Virus record (IMG/VR): IMGVR_UViG_3300046455_000317 | Span: 3,003-67,002 of that record | Strand: one strand, 5' to 3' | DNA from: a virus | DNA: 64,000 nt | In this document: positions 1 to 8,999 of the stretch, in pieces | Layout: each line of letters begins with the position of its first letter | How positions within the stretch are numbered: position 1 is the first letter of the stretch | Notes under the pieces: generated by a model | What the model was told of the DNA's origin: nothing | Seen by the model: the letters and a program-made list of their open reading frames with translations, nothing else | The model's database searches: none | Position numbers and translations under genes: made by a program

Positions 1-103
1 TCTGGACGATCCGGTCCCTGTCGGAGTTCAGGCCTGTTGTCTCCAAGTCCACGACGGCCAGCGGCCGTTCCAGCGCGAGAATCTCGCCCAGATTCACAGA
101 CAT
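1..103 (-). CDS. DnaQ-like (DEDD) 3'-5' exonuclease, N-terminus only (runs off window)
   Basis: Manual translation from ATG at 103: MSVNLGEILALERPLAVVDLETTGLNSDRDRIVQ; ExoI motif DLETTG followed by DRI. Confidence 0.75.
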   Translation of the reverse strand, partial: MSVNLGEILALERPLAVVDLETTGLNSDRDRIVQ

Positions 104-333
104 TGGATTTCCACCGCCCTCTGGGAATTGCCCCCAAAGCTTGGGTCTTCTCTGGGGACGAATGTAACACCCTGTCCTTCGCGGAGGGTGTCGAACGCGA
201 TCTGGGGAACAAAATCCTTGGCATGGGCGAACCGGGACACACCATCGTCCCCACGGACGAAGGCATACCCTTTGTTGGGGAGCACACGAACTACGGTTCC
301 AGTCATCCAATTCCTCCCAAGGTCTTCATTCAT
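94..333 (-). CDS. Cold-shock domain protein
   Basis: MTGTVVRV..KGYAFV (RNP1) ..RFAHAKDF (RNP2-like) ..LREGQGVTF. Confidence 0.8.
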   Translation of the reverse strand: MNEDLGRNWMTGTVVRVLPNKGYAFVRGDDGVSRFAHAKDFVPQIAFDTLREGQGVTFVPREDPSFGGNSQRAVEIQCL

Positions 334-534
334 TCATTTACGCTCAACTTCTTCGGCGCGTGGTCCTTTGGCTGGGGTGGTTGGCGTGAACTCCACGGTG
401 TCCCCAACGTGGACCTCGTTGAAGTCTTGGTTGTCTTTGAAGGCGGAGCGATGGAAGAAATACTCTGTCCCATCGGCTCCCAGAAGGAACCCAAACCCTT
501 TGTCGCCCATCACTCGGAGGATTTTGCCGGTCAT
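334..534 (-). CDS. Cold-shock domain protein
   Basis: KGFGFL, YFFHRSA, GDTVEF, KGPRAEEV; 66 aa canonical CSD. Confidence 0.92.
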   Translation of the reverse strand: MTGKILRVMGDKGFGFLLGADGTEYFFHRSAFKDNQDFNEVHVGDTVEFTPTTPAKGPRAEEVERK

Positions 535-773
535 TTGTTATTGGTCTCCTTCATCCGTTCCCTGAGACGGTGTTGGATCTCCGCGTTGAGATACCATGCC
601 GCCTTCTGTAAGTCTTCGATGTCGTCCACGCCTGGCTTCCGCCCAGCGCGGCAGATATACTTCGTGGCGTTCCCCAAGTGGTAGTTCAGCTTCCAGGCGC
701 GGACCACCTTCTGGTGCTCGTATGGATCCTCGCCACCGCCGTAATGGGCGGGATGGTTCACCGTCTCGCTCAT
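531..773 (-). CDS. DUF3310 family protein (T7 gp1.7-like putative nucleotide kinase)
   Basis: VNHPAHY, GNATKYICRAGRK, EDLQKAAWYL; start moved to 773 (ATGA overlap with upstream stop). Confidence 0.85.
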   Translation of the reverse strand: MSETVNHPAHYGGGEDPYEHQKVVRAWKLNYHLGNATKYICRAGRKPGVDDIEDLQKAAWYLNAEIQHRLRERMKETNNK

Positions 774-1756
774 CGCATCCTCCGGGCAAACCACTCTTGG
801 CCCGCAATGACCCAGTCATTCTTCTTGTCGAGGGTACACGCCAGTTTGTAGGCGTCATCCCGTTTGTCGGCCTTCCAGAGACTATGGGCGCGCAGAAGCC
901 CATAGGCCACGTTGAAGAACGGCTCACTGTCGTCCCATTCCATTATGGGCTCGAAGTGGTGGTCCGCTGCGAACAGGAGACTCTCGATGCGGTGGTCGGC
1001 ATTCTCGACATCCCCATGGAACATCTGGGCTGGGGTGACTTCCTTCTCGTATGGGTTCGCCCCAACAAACCGCTGATCCCGGTAGCGTTCGACGGTGTTG
1101 AGGTATCCGTGCCAGTTGACGCTAATCTGGGTATAGGTTCCAACCTTGCACCCAATCCAAAGCGCCATGTATTCGAGGAGCATCGAGAAGTGGACGGCGT
1201 TCGCCCCATACACTCCCCAGACGATGTCGTTGGACCGACAGAAGACCACGAGGTTGAGTTCACCCGCCAGTCCGCGCTGGAATGTCGCGACGACGTTACA
1301 CGGCACGTCCTTCCCCGTGTGCCCCAAGTCGGCCGTGGCGTCCCACATCTGGAGGACGCATCGCCGGTCATCTGGGTTGTTTGTGAGACCCTCGACAATC
1401 CCAGTCAGCTGGTCGCCGCCTGGGAAGTAGTGGCGCCATCGTCGCCCATACGCCCCATGGAAGATGATTCCATCGTCGGAGAAGTTCGCCATGTTCTTCG
1501 CGTATTTGACGACACCGGCGACATCGGCTCTCCCAGCGAGCATCCAGAGGGACTCATACAGATGGAAGTATGGGTTGGCGTCCCTCTGGGGCCAGAAGAT
1601 CACCCGCTCGGACGGGTGGGAATACACGGTCGTCACCGGCCCAGGCGCAACGAGCACCGGCCCATTCCGACTGTCTCTTGGGATGCCCTCTTCCCAGAGG
1701 TATTCGAGTGCCTTGGGGAAGGCATCGTGGACGTTCCGGGCGTGGATGGTTTTCAC
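770..1756 (-). CDS. Thymidylate synthase-family enzyme, probably dUMP hydroxymethylase
   Basis: Catalytic DVPCN, RSNDIVWG..GANAVHF (Asn typical of dUMP-specific enzymes), NWHGY; hypermodification gene context. Confidence 0.85.
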   Translation of the reverse strand: MKTIHARNVHDAFPKALEYLWEEGIPRDSRNGPVLVAPGPVTTVYSHPSERVIFWPQRDANPYFHLYESLWMLAGRADVAGVVKYAKNMANFSDDGIIFHGAYGRRWRHYFPGGDQLTGIVEGLTNNPDDRRCVLQMWDATADLGHTGKDVPCNVVATFQRGLAGELNLVVFCRSNDIVWGVYGANAVHFSMLLEYMALWIGCKVGTYTQISVNWHGYLNTVERYRDQRFVGANPYEKEVTPAQMFHGDVENADHRIESLLFAADHHFEPIMEWDDSEPFFNVAYGLLRAHSLWKADKRDDAYKLACTLDKKNDWVIAGQEWFARRMR

Positions 1757-2268
1757 TTCAGTCCCACTTCGGTTTTCAGCCGGTTGATTTCCTCCACCAA
1801 CGCTTGGATCTTGGCTTTTGCGGTTTCCACCCGGTCGATAAGAGTGCCTGCCTGGGGAGTTTCAGCGTTGGTTTCGGCTTTGGGCGTTTTCTTTCTCTGG
1901 GCTTTGGTAACTGGCCGAGGAATCCATCCATTATCCCAAGCCCGTTCTCTCATATCCTTCCCCCAAATCGTGGCCTTTCCACGGATAGGGTCTTTCCCAT
2001 AGGTCACGGCGTTCAGCGCGCGGTGTCGATACACCCCAACAGAGGCTCTGGCTTCCTCGACATCGATCCACCACGTCTCGTTGCCTCCTGGGATCTGCGT
2101 AACTGTCCCTGGGCGACAATAGCTATGGAGCGTCTTGGTTGCCGTTGTCCTGGTCGTGGACCCCAAGAGAGGCAGTAACAGGTTGACCCGGATCTTCCCA
2201 TCTACGATGGCGAGAGAATCGAACGGGTCTGGAACTTCGAACAAGAGTGGCGCAGTTGCTTCGCTCAT
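1753..2268 (-). CDS. Hypothetical protein with C-terminal coiled coil
   Basis: ORF with GGAG RBS and overlapping start/stop codons. Confidence 0.6.
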   Translation of the reverse strand: MSEATAPLLFEVPDPFDSLAIVDGKIRVNLLLPLLGSTTRTTATKTLHSYCRPGTVTQIPGGNETWWIDVEEARASVGVYRHRALNAVTYGKDPIRGKATIWGKDMRERAWDNGWIPRPVTKAQRKKTPKAETNAETPQAGTLIDRVETAKAKIQALVEEINRLKTEVGLK

Positions 2269-2399
2269 ACATTCTCCTTCTTGGATTTGGCTTCCTTGGC
2301 TTCCAGCTTCCCCAGGCACTTGAGGCAGATCCGGTCATCCTTCTTGTTGGGGATGAAGTGGAACTTGGCCTTACAGCACTTACAAACGGCGATAATCAT
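2265..2399 (-). CDS. Small Cys-rich (Zn-ribbon-like) protein, 44 aa
   Basis: Manual translation MIIAVCKCCKAKFHFIPNKKDDRICLKCLGKLEAKEAKSKKENV; ATGA overlap with next gene. Confidence 0.55.
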   Translation of the reverse strand: MIIAVCKCCKAKFHFIPNKKDDRICLKCLGKLEAKEAKSKKENV

Positions 2400-2409
2400 A
2401 CATTCACTT

Positions 2410-2649
2410 TCATTCTTTCACTTCTTCCACGTTTTGCCAAAGAATGTCGAGACATTCCCCAGAGGGCAACAAGAACGGAAAGAATCTATCTGGTTGTGAA
2501 CGACCCCAAAACCCTCGAAAACCCTCTGGGCCTTCAATCCCTATTGTTCCCACGACATACTCAGAACGGTATCTGGTTAGATCGACAGTTAGTCGATACT
2601 TTGTTTTGAGCCGTCGTTGTTCCATTTCTTCCCACATTCCTTCACTCAT
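2410..2649 (-). CDS. Hypothetical protein
   Basis: Fills the gap in a tightly packed operon; start MSEGMW. Confidence 0.5.
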   Translation of the reverse strand: MSEGMWEEMEQRRLKTKYRLTVDLTRYRSEYVVGTIGIEGPEGFRGFWGRSQPDRFFPFLLPSGECLDILWQNVEEVKE

Positions 2650-2653
2650 ACAT

Positions 2654-3619
2654 TCACCCTCTCCCGTTGAACTTCGCCCTGGGCTCACCTTCCCCAAAGA
2701 GCACCCGGCAGTATTTGTCGAACTCACAGAGCGAGTGCTCGATGTCGCGCATCTCCAAGGCGGGTAACGCTTGGCCTTTGAAGATGTCTGGCTCTGGGCT
2801 TCCAGCCCACCCAAGCGTTTGCCCGTGGGTGAGGAGTTCTCGCATCGACGCGATGGCGGTCTTGTTCGTATGGGGCAGTCCCAGACGCTGCAATCCGCGC
2901 AACGCCCCAGGCCCAGGGTTCGCCCAGGTATAGATGTCGGTGGCGTCTTCGAGCAGTTGGGTATGCCGCATATCGGTTACCATCTCGTAGGCCATAAAGC
3001 CGCCCACGCAATGGACTGTCGTCAGGACGTTGAATGTCGCGGCCAGACTACGGTGGACCCTCGCGGTATGGGCGATCTTGTCCCTGAGCCCCCAGAGGTC
3101 CGTGCAGACTTGGACGATGGCTTCGATCTTCGATATCCCAGGCGGTGAGTAGACGATATGGGCGCCAGTGAAAACCTGCTTCTTCTCGTACAGCCGCTGT
3201 TCGAGGATGCGTTGGATAACGAGTGGGGTCCAATCGATCTGCCACCCAAGGAACGCGCCGGTGCCACACCAGTTAAACATTCGATACCAACCGATGTTGA
3301 ACGCGAGGAGTTCCAGATTGCGCTTCCCATATGGGCAGTCGCAAGGAATGAACTCCAGGCCTTGCCCGCCGATGGCGCCTTGGGAAGCGCACGAATCGGT
3401 ATGGGTGGCAGCGTCCTTGTGCGGCTCCAAGAAGTTCTCACGGAGCCATACCGTCCCACGGTCATTCTCGCGGAACGGGTTGGTGAACTTATAGTCCAGG
3501 AGGATGGGGTCAGTCGTCCACGGCTTGGGCTGTCCCGCCTGCCGGCGGAGATAGATGGCGTGGCGCTCCGCGATCCAATACCAGAATCGGTCCTCAGTGG
3601 ATTGGGTCAGATCCGCCAC
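2654..3619 (-). CDS. aGPT-Pplase1 family protein (helical domain associated with 5-hmdU DNA kinases)
   Basis: ERHAIYLRR..PWTTDPIL..YKFTNPFRENDR, GGFMAYEMVTD, GPGALRGL, DIEHSLCEFDKY. Confidence 0.85.
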   Translation of the reverse strand: MADLTQSTEDRFWYWIAERHAIYLRRQAGQPKPWTTDPILLDYKFTNPFRENDRGTVWLRENFLEPHKDAATHTDSCASQGAIGGQGLEFIPCDCPYGKRNLELLAFNIGWYRMFNWCGTGAFLGWQIDWTPLVIQRILEQRLYEKKQVFTGAHIVYSPPGISKIEAIVQVCTDLWGLRDKIAHTARVHRSLAATFNVLTTVHCVGGFMAYEMVTDMRHTQLLEDATDIYTWANPGPGALRGLQRLGLPHTNKTAIASMRELLTHGQTLGWAGSPEPDIFKGQALPALEMRDIEHSLCEFDKYCRVLFGEGEPRAKFNGRG

Positions 3620-3785
3620 GGAATGCCTCCTCCCATCTTTTCATTTCCGCTTCTACGCGCTCAATTTTGTCTTCCAACTCCAACAGACGGTTGATGACGA
3701 CCTTCACCAACTCCAAGACAGAACGATCATTTTCAACCGATCTTTGGGCCACTTCCTCCAACGCTTTCACGATATCGTCAAACAT
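3594..3785 (-). CDS. Small coiled-coil protein
   Basis: MFDDIVKALEE... heptad pattern; GGAGG RBS upstream. Confidence 0.5.
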   Translation of the reverse strand: MFDDIVKALEEVAQRSVENDRSVLELVKVVINRLLELEDKIERVEAEMKRWEEAFRGGSDPIH

Positions 3786-4347
3786 TCGTTCCCTCCATCT
3801 CATCCCCAAGGCACGTCCATCCGATACGCTGGCGCCGCGCAAACAACTCGCAGTATGGGCCGTCCACGAGGTGCTCGACAATGTCGTAGAATACGCTGGG
3901 CTTCTCCGAATGCCGCCCCACGCGAGCAGCGAACACCGACCCATCGATGATCTCTACCCCATCGGTCGTGGTAAACGTGGACCGAATCGAATTGGACTTC
4001 ACCAACGGCGTCCCACGTGTCGCGATGAGACATACCTCGTGTTCCATCCGGACCTGTCGCCCCATCCCGAAGTGGCGGTTGCCGTTTACCGTCTTCTTCA
4101 ACCATACCATCTCCGCCTTGGGAACGAAACCCCAAGCCCGGATGACAGCTAGTGCTTCCTCCTGCATCGACGCCACGCGCCAGAGGAACAGGTGGGCCTC
4201 ATAGGCCAACTCTGGGAGTGGGAACGAACAGATGTCTCCCACACTCATCGTTCGATAATTCTTGACGGCTCCTCGTGTTGGGCCTGGGAGCTTGTCCCCA
4301 AAGGACCACCCTGGGTCCGCCACGAGGACACGAAAGCGTTCGCCCAT
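3778..4347 (-). CDS. MT-A70 family adenine methyltransferase
   Basis: VLVADPGW (DPPW variant), LFLW, GMG..R..HE.CLIATRG, HSEKP, ELFARR..GW..LGDE. Confidence 0.88.
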   Translation of the reverse strand: MGERFRVLVADPGWSFGDKLPGPTRGAVKNYRTMSVGDICSFPLPELAYEAHLFLWRVASMQEEALAVIRAWGFVPKAEMVWLKKTVNGNRHFGMGRQVRMEHEVCLIATRGTPLVKSNSIRSTFTTTDGVEIIDGSVFAARVGRHSEKPSVFYDIVEHLVDGPYCELFARRQRIGWTCLGDEMEGTNV

Positions 4348-4766
4348 TAGTTTGGCCTCACAAACTCTTTCGAGCCTTGGCGAAGCTCTCTGAATTCGAG
4401 GAGCCCATGGCTGGCCTGGTCGTCGGTCAAGCCCAGCTTCTCGGTGAGAAACCGATAGACGATTGTGTCTGAGACGGCGGCTTCAATCGCCTGCCCCAAC
4501 ATCTGATGGATCTCACGAGCCTTGTCTAAGTCCCACTGGGACATCTCACTATTCAGTGAGAACTCAATCATCCCACGCTTCGTGCGCCCAGAGATAATCG
4601 TGGAGAACGCGATGTTGTCTGAACGCAGTTCGTCGTGCCGAGCGTGCTTGAGGCGGAGATGCCCCATCAGCGCCTTGGCGATGTAGGACCGAATTAGATC
4701 CTCATCTTGCTTCCCAAGGGATTGTTTGACGTTCCACTCACAGAGCGGGCATTTGGCTTCGATCAT
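4347..4766 (-). CDS. Hypothetical protein with N-terminal C2H2-like motif
   Basis: CPLC...HLRLKH; coupled to neighbours. Confidence 0.55.
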   Translation of the reverse strand: MIEAKCPLCEWNVKQSLGKQDEDLIRSYIAKALMGHLRLKHARHDELRSDNIAFSTIISGRTKRGMIEFSLNSEMSQWDLDKAREIHQMLGQAIEAAVSDTIVYRFLTEKLGLTDDQASHGLLEFRELRQGSKEFVRPN

Positions 4767-5005
4767 TTCTTCCGCTCCAACTCCTCGGTGACGATCCCAT
4801 CATACCGGGTGAAGTAATCCTGGAATGACCGCTCCAATGTCTTCCGATTGATGGGGTCAGCGGTCTGGTAAAGTTTGGCGAGTTGCTTCACGAAGCTGCC
4901 GCCATACTTCCCCATCGCTTCGAGGATGTCCCATATGGGGTGTTGGAACGGCGTGTTATCGTCTTCAAACCCACGGTTCTCTGCGGCGTAGTCGAGTTCA
5001 CCCAC
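4763..5005 (-). CDS. Hypothetical phage protein
   Basis: YGGSFVKQLAKLYQTADPIN; operon packing; GTG start inferred. Confidence 0.55.
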   Translation of the reverse strand: MGELDYAAENRGFEDDNTPFQHPIWDILEAMGKYGGSFVKQLAKLYQTADPINRKTLERSFQDYFTRYDGIVTEELERKK

Positions 5006-5558
5006 GGGCCACCCCCAACGCTTCGGCCACCATCTCGAATGCCGCTTCACGATCCAAGAACCAGGCATCCAGCCCGGCGTCCTTCAATCGGTTGATGGTG
5101 CGCTTATGGCGAACCGCTCTGGCCTCGGTGTTCTTGGGGTCCAATGGGCGAACGTCACCGCGTGCGTCGCGTCTGGCCTGGATCCCGGCGATGCAGATGG
5201 GTATGGGAGTCGTCAGGCCGATTACCAGAACCTTGAAACCCTTGCGATGGAGTTCGACGCACCGTTTGGTATCGTCGCTTACCATAATGCCCTCATAGAG
5301 GACATCGCATCCTTCCAGCGCCGACTGTTCGACCAACTCATACACGGTGTCGGTCTTCGTGATGGTATCGGTCCCACCGCACGGCGTCTCGTAGTGCCCC
5401 AGGACAGTTAGTGTCCTCCCATCGTGGGGCAGCGTATAGCTTATGGGCTGCTTGCGACCCTCGATGAAGTTGGGTGTCTTGTTGGGGCAGAGGTCCATAA
5501 TCCGTCGAACCACGGTGGACTTCCCGCTCCCAGATGTTCCTCTCAGATTCACAATCAT
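4998..5558 (-). CDS. P-loop kinase of the thymidine-hypermodification cluster
   Basis: N-terminal Walker A RGTSGSGKST, GGTDTI, VLYEG; cluster context. Confidence 0.8.
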   Translation of the reverse strand: MIVNLRGTSGSGKSTVVRRIMDLCPNKTPNFIEGRKQPISYTLPHDGRTLTVLGHYETPCGGTDTITKTDTVYELVEQSALEGCDVLYEGIMVSDDTKRCVELHRKGFKVLVIGLTTPIPICIAGIQARRDARGDVRPLDPKNTEARAVRHKRTINRLKDAGLDAWFLDREAAFEMVAEALGVARG

Positions 5559-5577
5559 ACGTTCCTTCCTCCGGACG

Positions 5578-5607
5578 ATTCTACTATGGGGCACTCCCAG
5601 AAAGCAA
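5578..5607 (-). promoter_or_regulatory. Putative sigma70-type internal promoter (TTGCTT-N18-TAGAAT)
   Basis: Read on the minus strand in the short gap upstream of the kinase. Confidence 0.4.
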
Positions 5608-5615
5608 CCCAGATT

Positions 5616-6164
5616 TTAACTGTCGGTCAACCCGCGATAGCAGGTCAGAAACGCTTCCTTGGATTGTCTCCACGACCAAGGCATCCACGCGCCGATACGT
5701 GCCCGCTCATCGAGGGAGACAGGCGGATAGTTGGGGAGCTTCATCAGCCAATCGTTCCAGACTTTGAGCCCATAACCTTCTCCACCCTCGAACCGGAGCA
5801 TCAGTTTGTCGGCGTAGGCCACCTCTGGGGTCATCTCCTCCGGGCACCCATACTTCTGGTAGATGATCCGTTGGAGCTTGTCTTCCACGTCCCGGTAGTG
5901 CCCCAGTTCTGGGCTCTCCTTGAGCCACTTCGTCATGTCCCCAAGGTATGCCTCGGAGGCATCGTGAAGCAAGCCTTGGAGACTGTCCGACACCCTCGCC
6001 ACGTAGACGGAGTGTTGGGCGACGGTAATGGGACGTTTGGTATGGCCGGCGAACCGATTGCAGCACGCCAGCCCATGGGCGATGTCTTCGAGGGTGATGT
6101 CGTCCGGTTTGGGGTCAAACAGGTCGATGAACTTCCCAGAGAAGGTCAGGATAACGGGCTTCAC
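5616..6164 (-). CDS. HD-domain 5'-deoxynucleotidase-like phosphohydrolase
   Basis: EDIAHGLA..NRFAGH, VAQHSV, LLHDASEAYLGD, AD..ML..E. Confidence 0.88.
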   Translation of the reverse strand: MKPVILTFSGKFIDLFDPKPDDITLEDIAHGLACCNRFAGHTKRPITVAQHSVYVARVSDSLQGLLHDASEAYLGDMTKWLKESPELGHYRDVEDKLQRIIYQKYGCPEEMTPEVAYADKLMLRFEGGEGYGLKVWNDWLMKLPNYPPVSLDERARIGAWMPWSWRQSKEAFLTCYRGLTDS

Positions 6165-6772
6165 GGTTTCTTCCCCACGATATGGACTTCTCCGCCGTGG
6201 AAGGGATGTCTCTGGGTATGGACGATTACCAACCCCATAGCGGCCCACTTGTCTCGCCATCCCGCTTCATCGAGGTGGTTCAAGTGGGCTGGCTCATTGT
6301 CTATCGCCATGTTGGGCGTTACGTGGGCGATGTATCCTCCGGGCTTCGTCACCCGGAGGATTTCACGCATCCCAAGGTCCAGGTCGCCCAGATGCTCCAT
6401 CACGTGCCTGGAACAAACGAGGTCAAAGGTCCCAGAGTAGTAGGGCATTCGTTCCACGAAGCCATTGTGGACGATCAACCCACGCTTCTGGGCTTCCGTC
6501 ACCAACGGCTCATACAGATCGATCCCAACGATACGGCCACCTCTCCGGAGCCACTCTGCGAGGAGACTCCATTGGCCCCCAGAGGCAGAGCCGAGTTCCA
6601 GAATGGCTTCTCGTTCAGCCGGAACGTGTCCCAAGAGCGCACGATACGACTGGTCGTCAGTGGCGTCGCGGGATGCGATGCTCCCATCGGCGGTCAGGTC
6701 TGCTCGCATCTTCGCCATACGGCGATGGTGGTCGTAGTTCAAGTCACGAACACGTTCTAGTGGTATCGGCAT
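6161..6772 (-). CDS. Class I SAM-dependent methyltransferase
   Basis: ILELGSASG, IVGID, FDLVCSRHVMEH, EILRVTKPGG. Confidence 0.88.
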   Translation of the reverse strand: MPIPLERVRDLNYDHHRRMAKMRADLTADGSIASRDATDDQSYRALLGHVPAEREAILELGSASGGQWSLLAEWLRRGGRIVGIDLYEPLVTEAQKRGLIVHNGFVERMPYYSGTFDLVCSRHVMEHLGDLDLGMREILRVTKPGGYIAHVTPNMAIDNEPAHLNHLDEAGWRDKWAAMGLVIVHTQRHPFHGGEVHIVGKKP

Positions 6773-6784
6773 GGGGCGGTATCC

Positions 6785-7003
6785 TCAGCTGGCGCGTCGT
6801 CGTTTCTCTGGGAGCGCGAAGTCAGGCTGCTCCTTGATCCCAAAGGCATCGGCCAGGATCTTGGAGATGACCCACGAGGGACGGACACGATGGGTGTCCG
6901 CCAGTTCGCGGACCATGTCTCGAATCTCTGGGATGAGGCAGGAGAGGATGGGCTCACGCCCACCCTTCAGCGGCGGCTGGCGCCTGTATTTGAGTTTACC
7001 CAC
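6785..7003 (-). CDS. Small putative DNA-binding (RHH-like) protein
   Basis: Basic; strand-helix-helix pattern IPEIRDMVRELA..PSWVISKILADAF. Confidence 0.45.
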   Translation of the reverse strand: MGKLKYRRQPPLKGGREPILSCLIPEIRDMVRELADTHRVRPSWVISKILADAFGIKEQPDFALPEKRRRAS

Positions 7004-7241
7004 GGCGCACCTCCTGTTGCAGAATGGCGATTGTGAGCGTGATCTGGTCCCGGCGCTGGCGAAGGAGCTTGATGATGCCGCCCACGCTGGCATGGGTGCC
7101 GTTCTTTCGCTCGTGGGCGACAGCCTTCCCCACGATCTTATGGGCGCGTGTCTTCTTCCTCCGCTTCGCCCAAGCAGACTTCTGGATCACGCTCATCTTC
7201 TCCTTGCCTTCTGGTGTTTGGGTCCAATGTGTCTTACTCAT
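6996..7241 (-). CDS. Small basic hypothetical protein
   Basis: HWTQTPEGKEKMS..AWAKRR; AAGGA RBS. Confidence 0.55.
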   Translation of the reverse strand: MSKTHWTQTPEGKEKMSVIQKSAWAKRRKKTRAHKIVGKAVAHERKNGTHASVGGIIKLLRQRRDQITLTIAILQQEVRRG

Positions 7242-7414
7242 TCATTCCTTCTTTCATTCACTATGTTAGTGACGGACGGCCCCACCACCGCACCCGTCTA
7301 CGAGGATCTCCAAACCCATCGAAAGTGACTTCATCCTCGTGCCTCGGCTGAGTTGCCCCCAGAGAAAACCCACCCAGAACCCTGGAAGCCCACGGTCACT
7401 CGTGGCGATGCCAT

Positions 7415-8812
7415 TTACACCGAGTGAAGTGTTATCGTCTTGGACTTCACCCATGGGTTGCGGAAGTCAGGAAGACGGAGCGCCTTGGCAGCCGTCAACG
7501 TCTCACTTCCACAAAGTGACTCCTCGTGGCCGTCACCGCACCGGAGACACCCGGACGGCGGGCATATTTCCATCTCTGCGAACTGAGTTGCCTCCTTGGA
7601 CTTCTGGAACATGGGAACGCGATGGCCGTGGCATTGGTCGGCGGTCAAAAACTCCGGTCCCATCGACTTCCAGAGGCCACCAGGCTTCTGGGTATACTCG
7701 TAGCACAGCGCGTAGGTCATCCCAAGCGACATGGCCTTCTTCTGGTATCTGGCGTGTCCCTCGCGCCGATACGATTCCACGACGGTCTTCTGGCCGCCGC
7801 ACTGGTTCTCGACAAACAGTTCTTTGAACCGATCGGAGCGTGGCCCAGGGAACTTCTTGGCGATTCTCTCAACCATTGCTTTCGCCCAAGCGTGCCCGGC
7901 TTCCACGAATTTGACGATGACGTGGTCCACGCCGTTGGCGGCCAGCTTCTCAAACAACTCCTCGACATCGTCGTGGGTCACGACCCCAGGGATTATGGGG
8001 TTGCACTGGATGGAAACGTAGATGCCGGCGTCGTGGAGTTCCTTGCACTCTGCAATGGTTTGGTCGAGGGTGATGGCCCCAGGCGACAGCCGGTGCCACG
8101 TCTCTGGGTCTGGGGTATTGATCGACTTCTGGGCGTAGCTGTACTTGTTGAGGCGGAGAAGGTCATACGCCCAGTCTGGGTAGGACAGGCGCGACAGGAA
8201 GAAGATCGGCAGCCCAGCGTCCACGAATGCTTGGGCGCCACGCTCCGTGTTATGGTAGTATTCCTCCAGAGGGAGGAATGGATCCGTGAAGCTGGAGAAG
8301 TAACCAGCCGTGGAGACTTGCATCGACTTCAGCTGCTTCCGGACGTGCGCCCCATAGTCGGTGGGGACGGTAATCAATCCGCTCCCACGATACCCTCGAC
8401 TGCCGGAGTTCACGTAGCAGAACGCGCACCCCACGGAGCACCAGCCCCCATAGGGTTGGGTCAGAATCGCGTCTGTCTCACATGGGCGGTCCCTCTGGCC
8501 CTGTTGCAGCCCATCGTTCTTGGACGAATACCAGCCCTGAAGATCCTTCGCCTTCTCCAAGCGAAGATGGGGGAATGGTTCGAGGAAGACCACGACATCC
8601 TTCATGTTCTCCTCCAGCGCCCCACGGACCATTCCGATCTTGGCCGTCCGCTGGAGAATCTCCCGATTGGTAACCGGATCGTGCTTCCGCTCGATGGGCC
8701 CAAGGAAGTCTCGCATATCCGGGTCCACTTTCATGAAGTGTTGGTATGCGGTCTTCGTTGGGGAGTTGTCGTCGTCATCCTCCAAGTTCAGGAGGTCAAT
8801 CTCACTTTGCAT
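7415..8812 (-). CDS. Radical SAM enzyme (SPL-like), candidate DNA base isomerase/modifier
   Basis: CSVGCAFC (CxxxCxxC), SSFTDPF, NPIIPG; Cys-rich C-terminus; hypermodification cluster. Confidence 0.85.
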   Translation of the reverse strand: MQSEIDLLNLEDDDDNSPTKTAYQHFMKVDPDMRDFLGPIERKHDPVTNREILQRTAKIGMVRGALEENMKDVVVFLEPFPHLRLEKAKDLQGWYSSKNDGLQQGQRDRPCETDAILTQPYGGWCSVGCAFCYVNSGSRGYRGSGLITVPTDYGAHVRKQLKSMQVSTAGYFSSFTDPFLPLEEYYHNTERGAQAFVDAGLPIFFLSRLSYPDWAYDLLRLNKYSYAQKSINTPDPETWHRLSPGAITLDQTIAECKELHDAGIYVSIQCNPIIPGVVTHDDVEELFEKLAANGVDHVIVKFVEAGHAWAKAMVERIAKKFPGPRSDRFKELFVENQCGGQKTVVESYRREGHARYQKKAMSLGMTYALCYEYTQKPGGLWKSMGPEFLTADQCHGHRVPMFQKSKEATQFAEMEICPPSGCLRCGDGHEESLCGSETLTAAKALRLPDFRNPWVKSKTITLHSV

Positions 8813-8999
8813 CTTTCACTCCCAGTTCTTCATCTGAGACCCATATGGTTGCCTCGACAAACGCCCCATCGAGGGTTGGGGCCACGTAAGCCGTTGGAGC
8901 CACACGGATGCCTCCCAAGTTAGCCACGCGCTGAGCCGCCTTCTCACGATATTGTTTCCGCCGTTCTTTGTCGGTCTGGCGCTTGTCGTAGATCGTCAT
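8802..8999 (-). CDS. Hypothetical protein
   Basis: Coupled small ORF. Confidence 0.5.
   Translation of the reverse strand: MTIYDKRQTDKERRKQYREKAAQRVANLGGIRVAPTAYVAPTLDGAFVEATIWVSDEELGVKDAK

Noticed and set aside
770-1756. dCMP hydroxymethylase (T4-like) assignment
   Set aside because: The specificity position after RSND..G is Asn rather than Asp, and neighbours belong to thymidine hypermodification pathways.
596-2002. Long plus-strand ORFs opposite real genes (e.g. 596-2002, 7526-8923, 13416-14387, 60748-61911)
   Set aside because: Antisense shadows caused by GC-rich codon bias; the minus-strand frames carry the recognisable motifs and RBSs.
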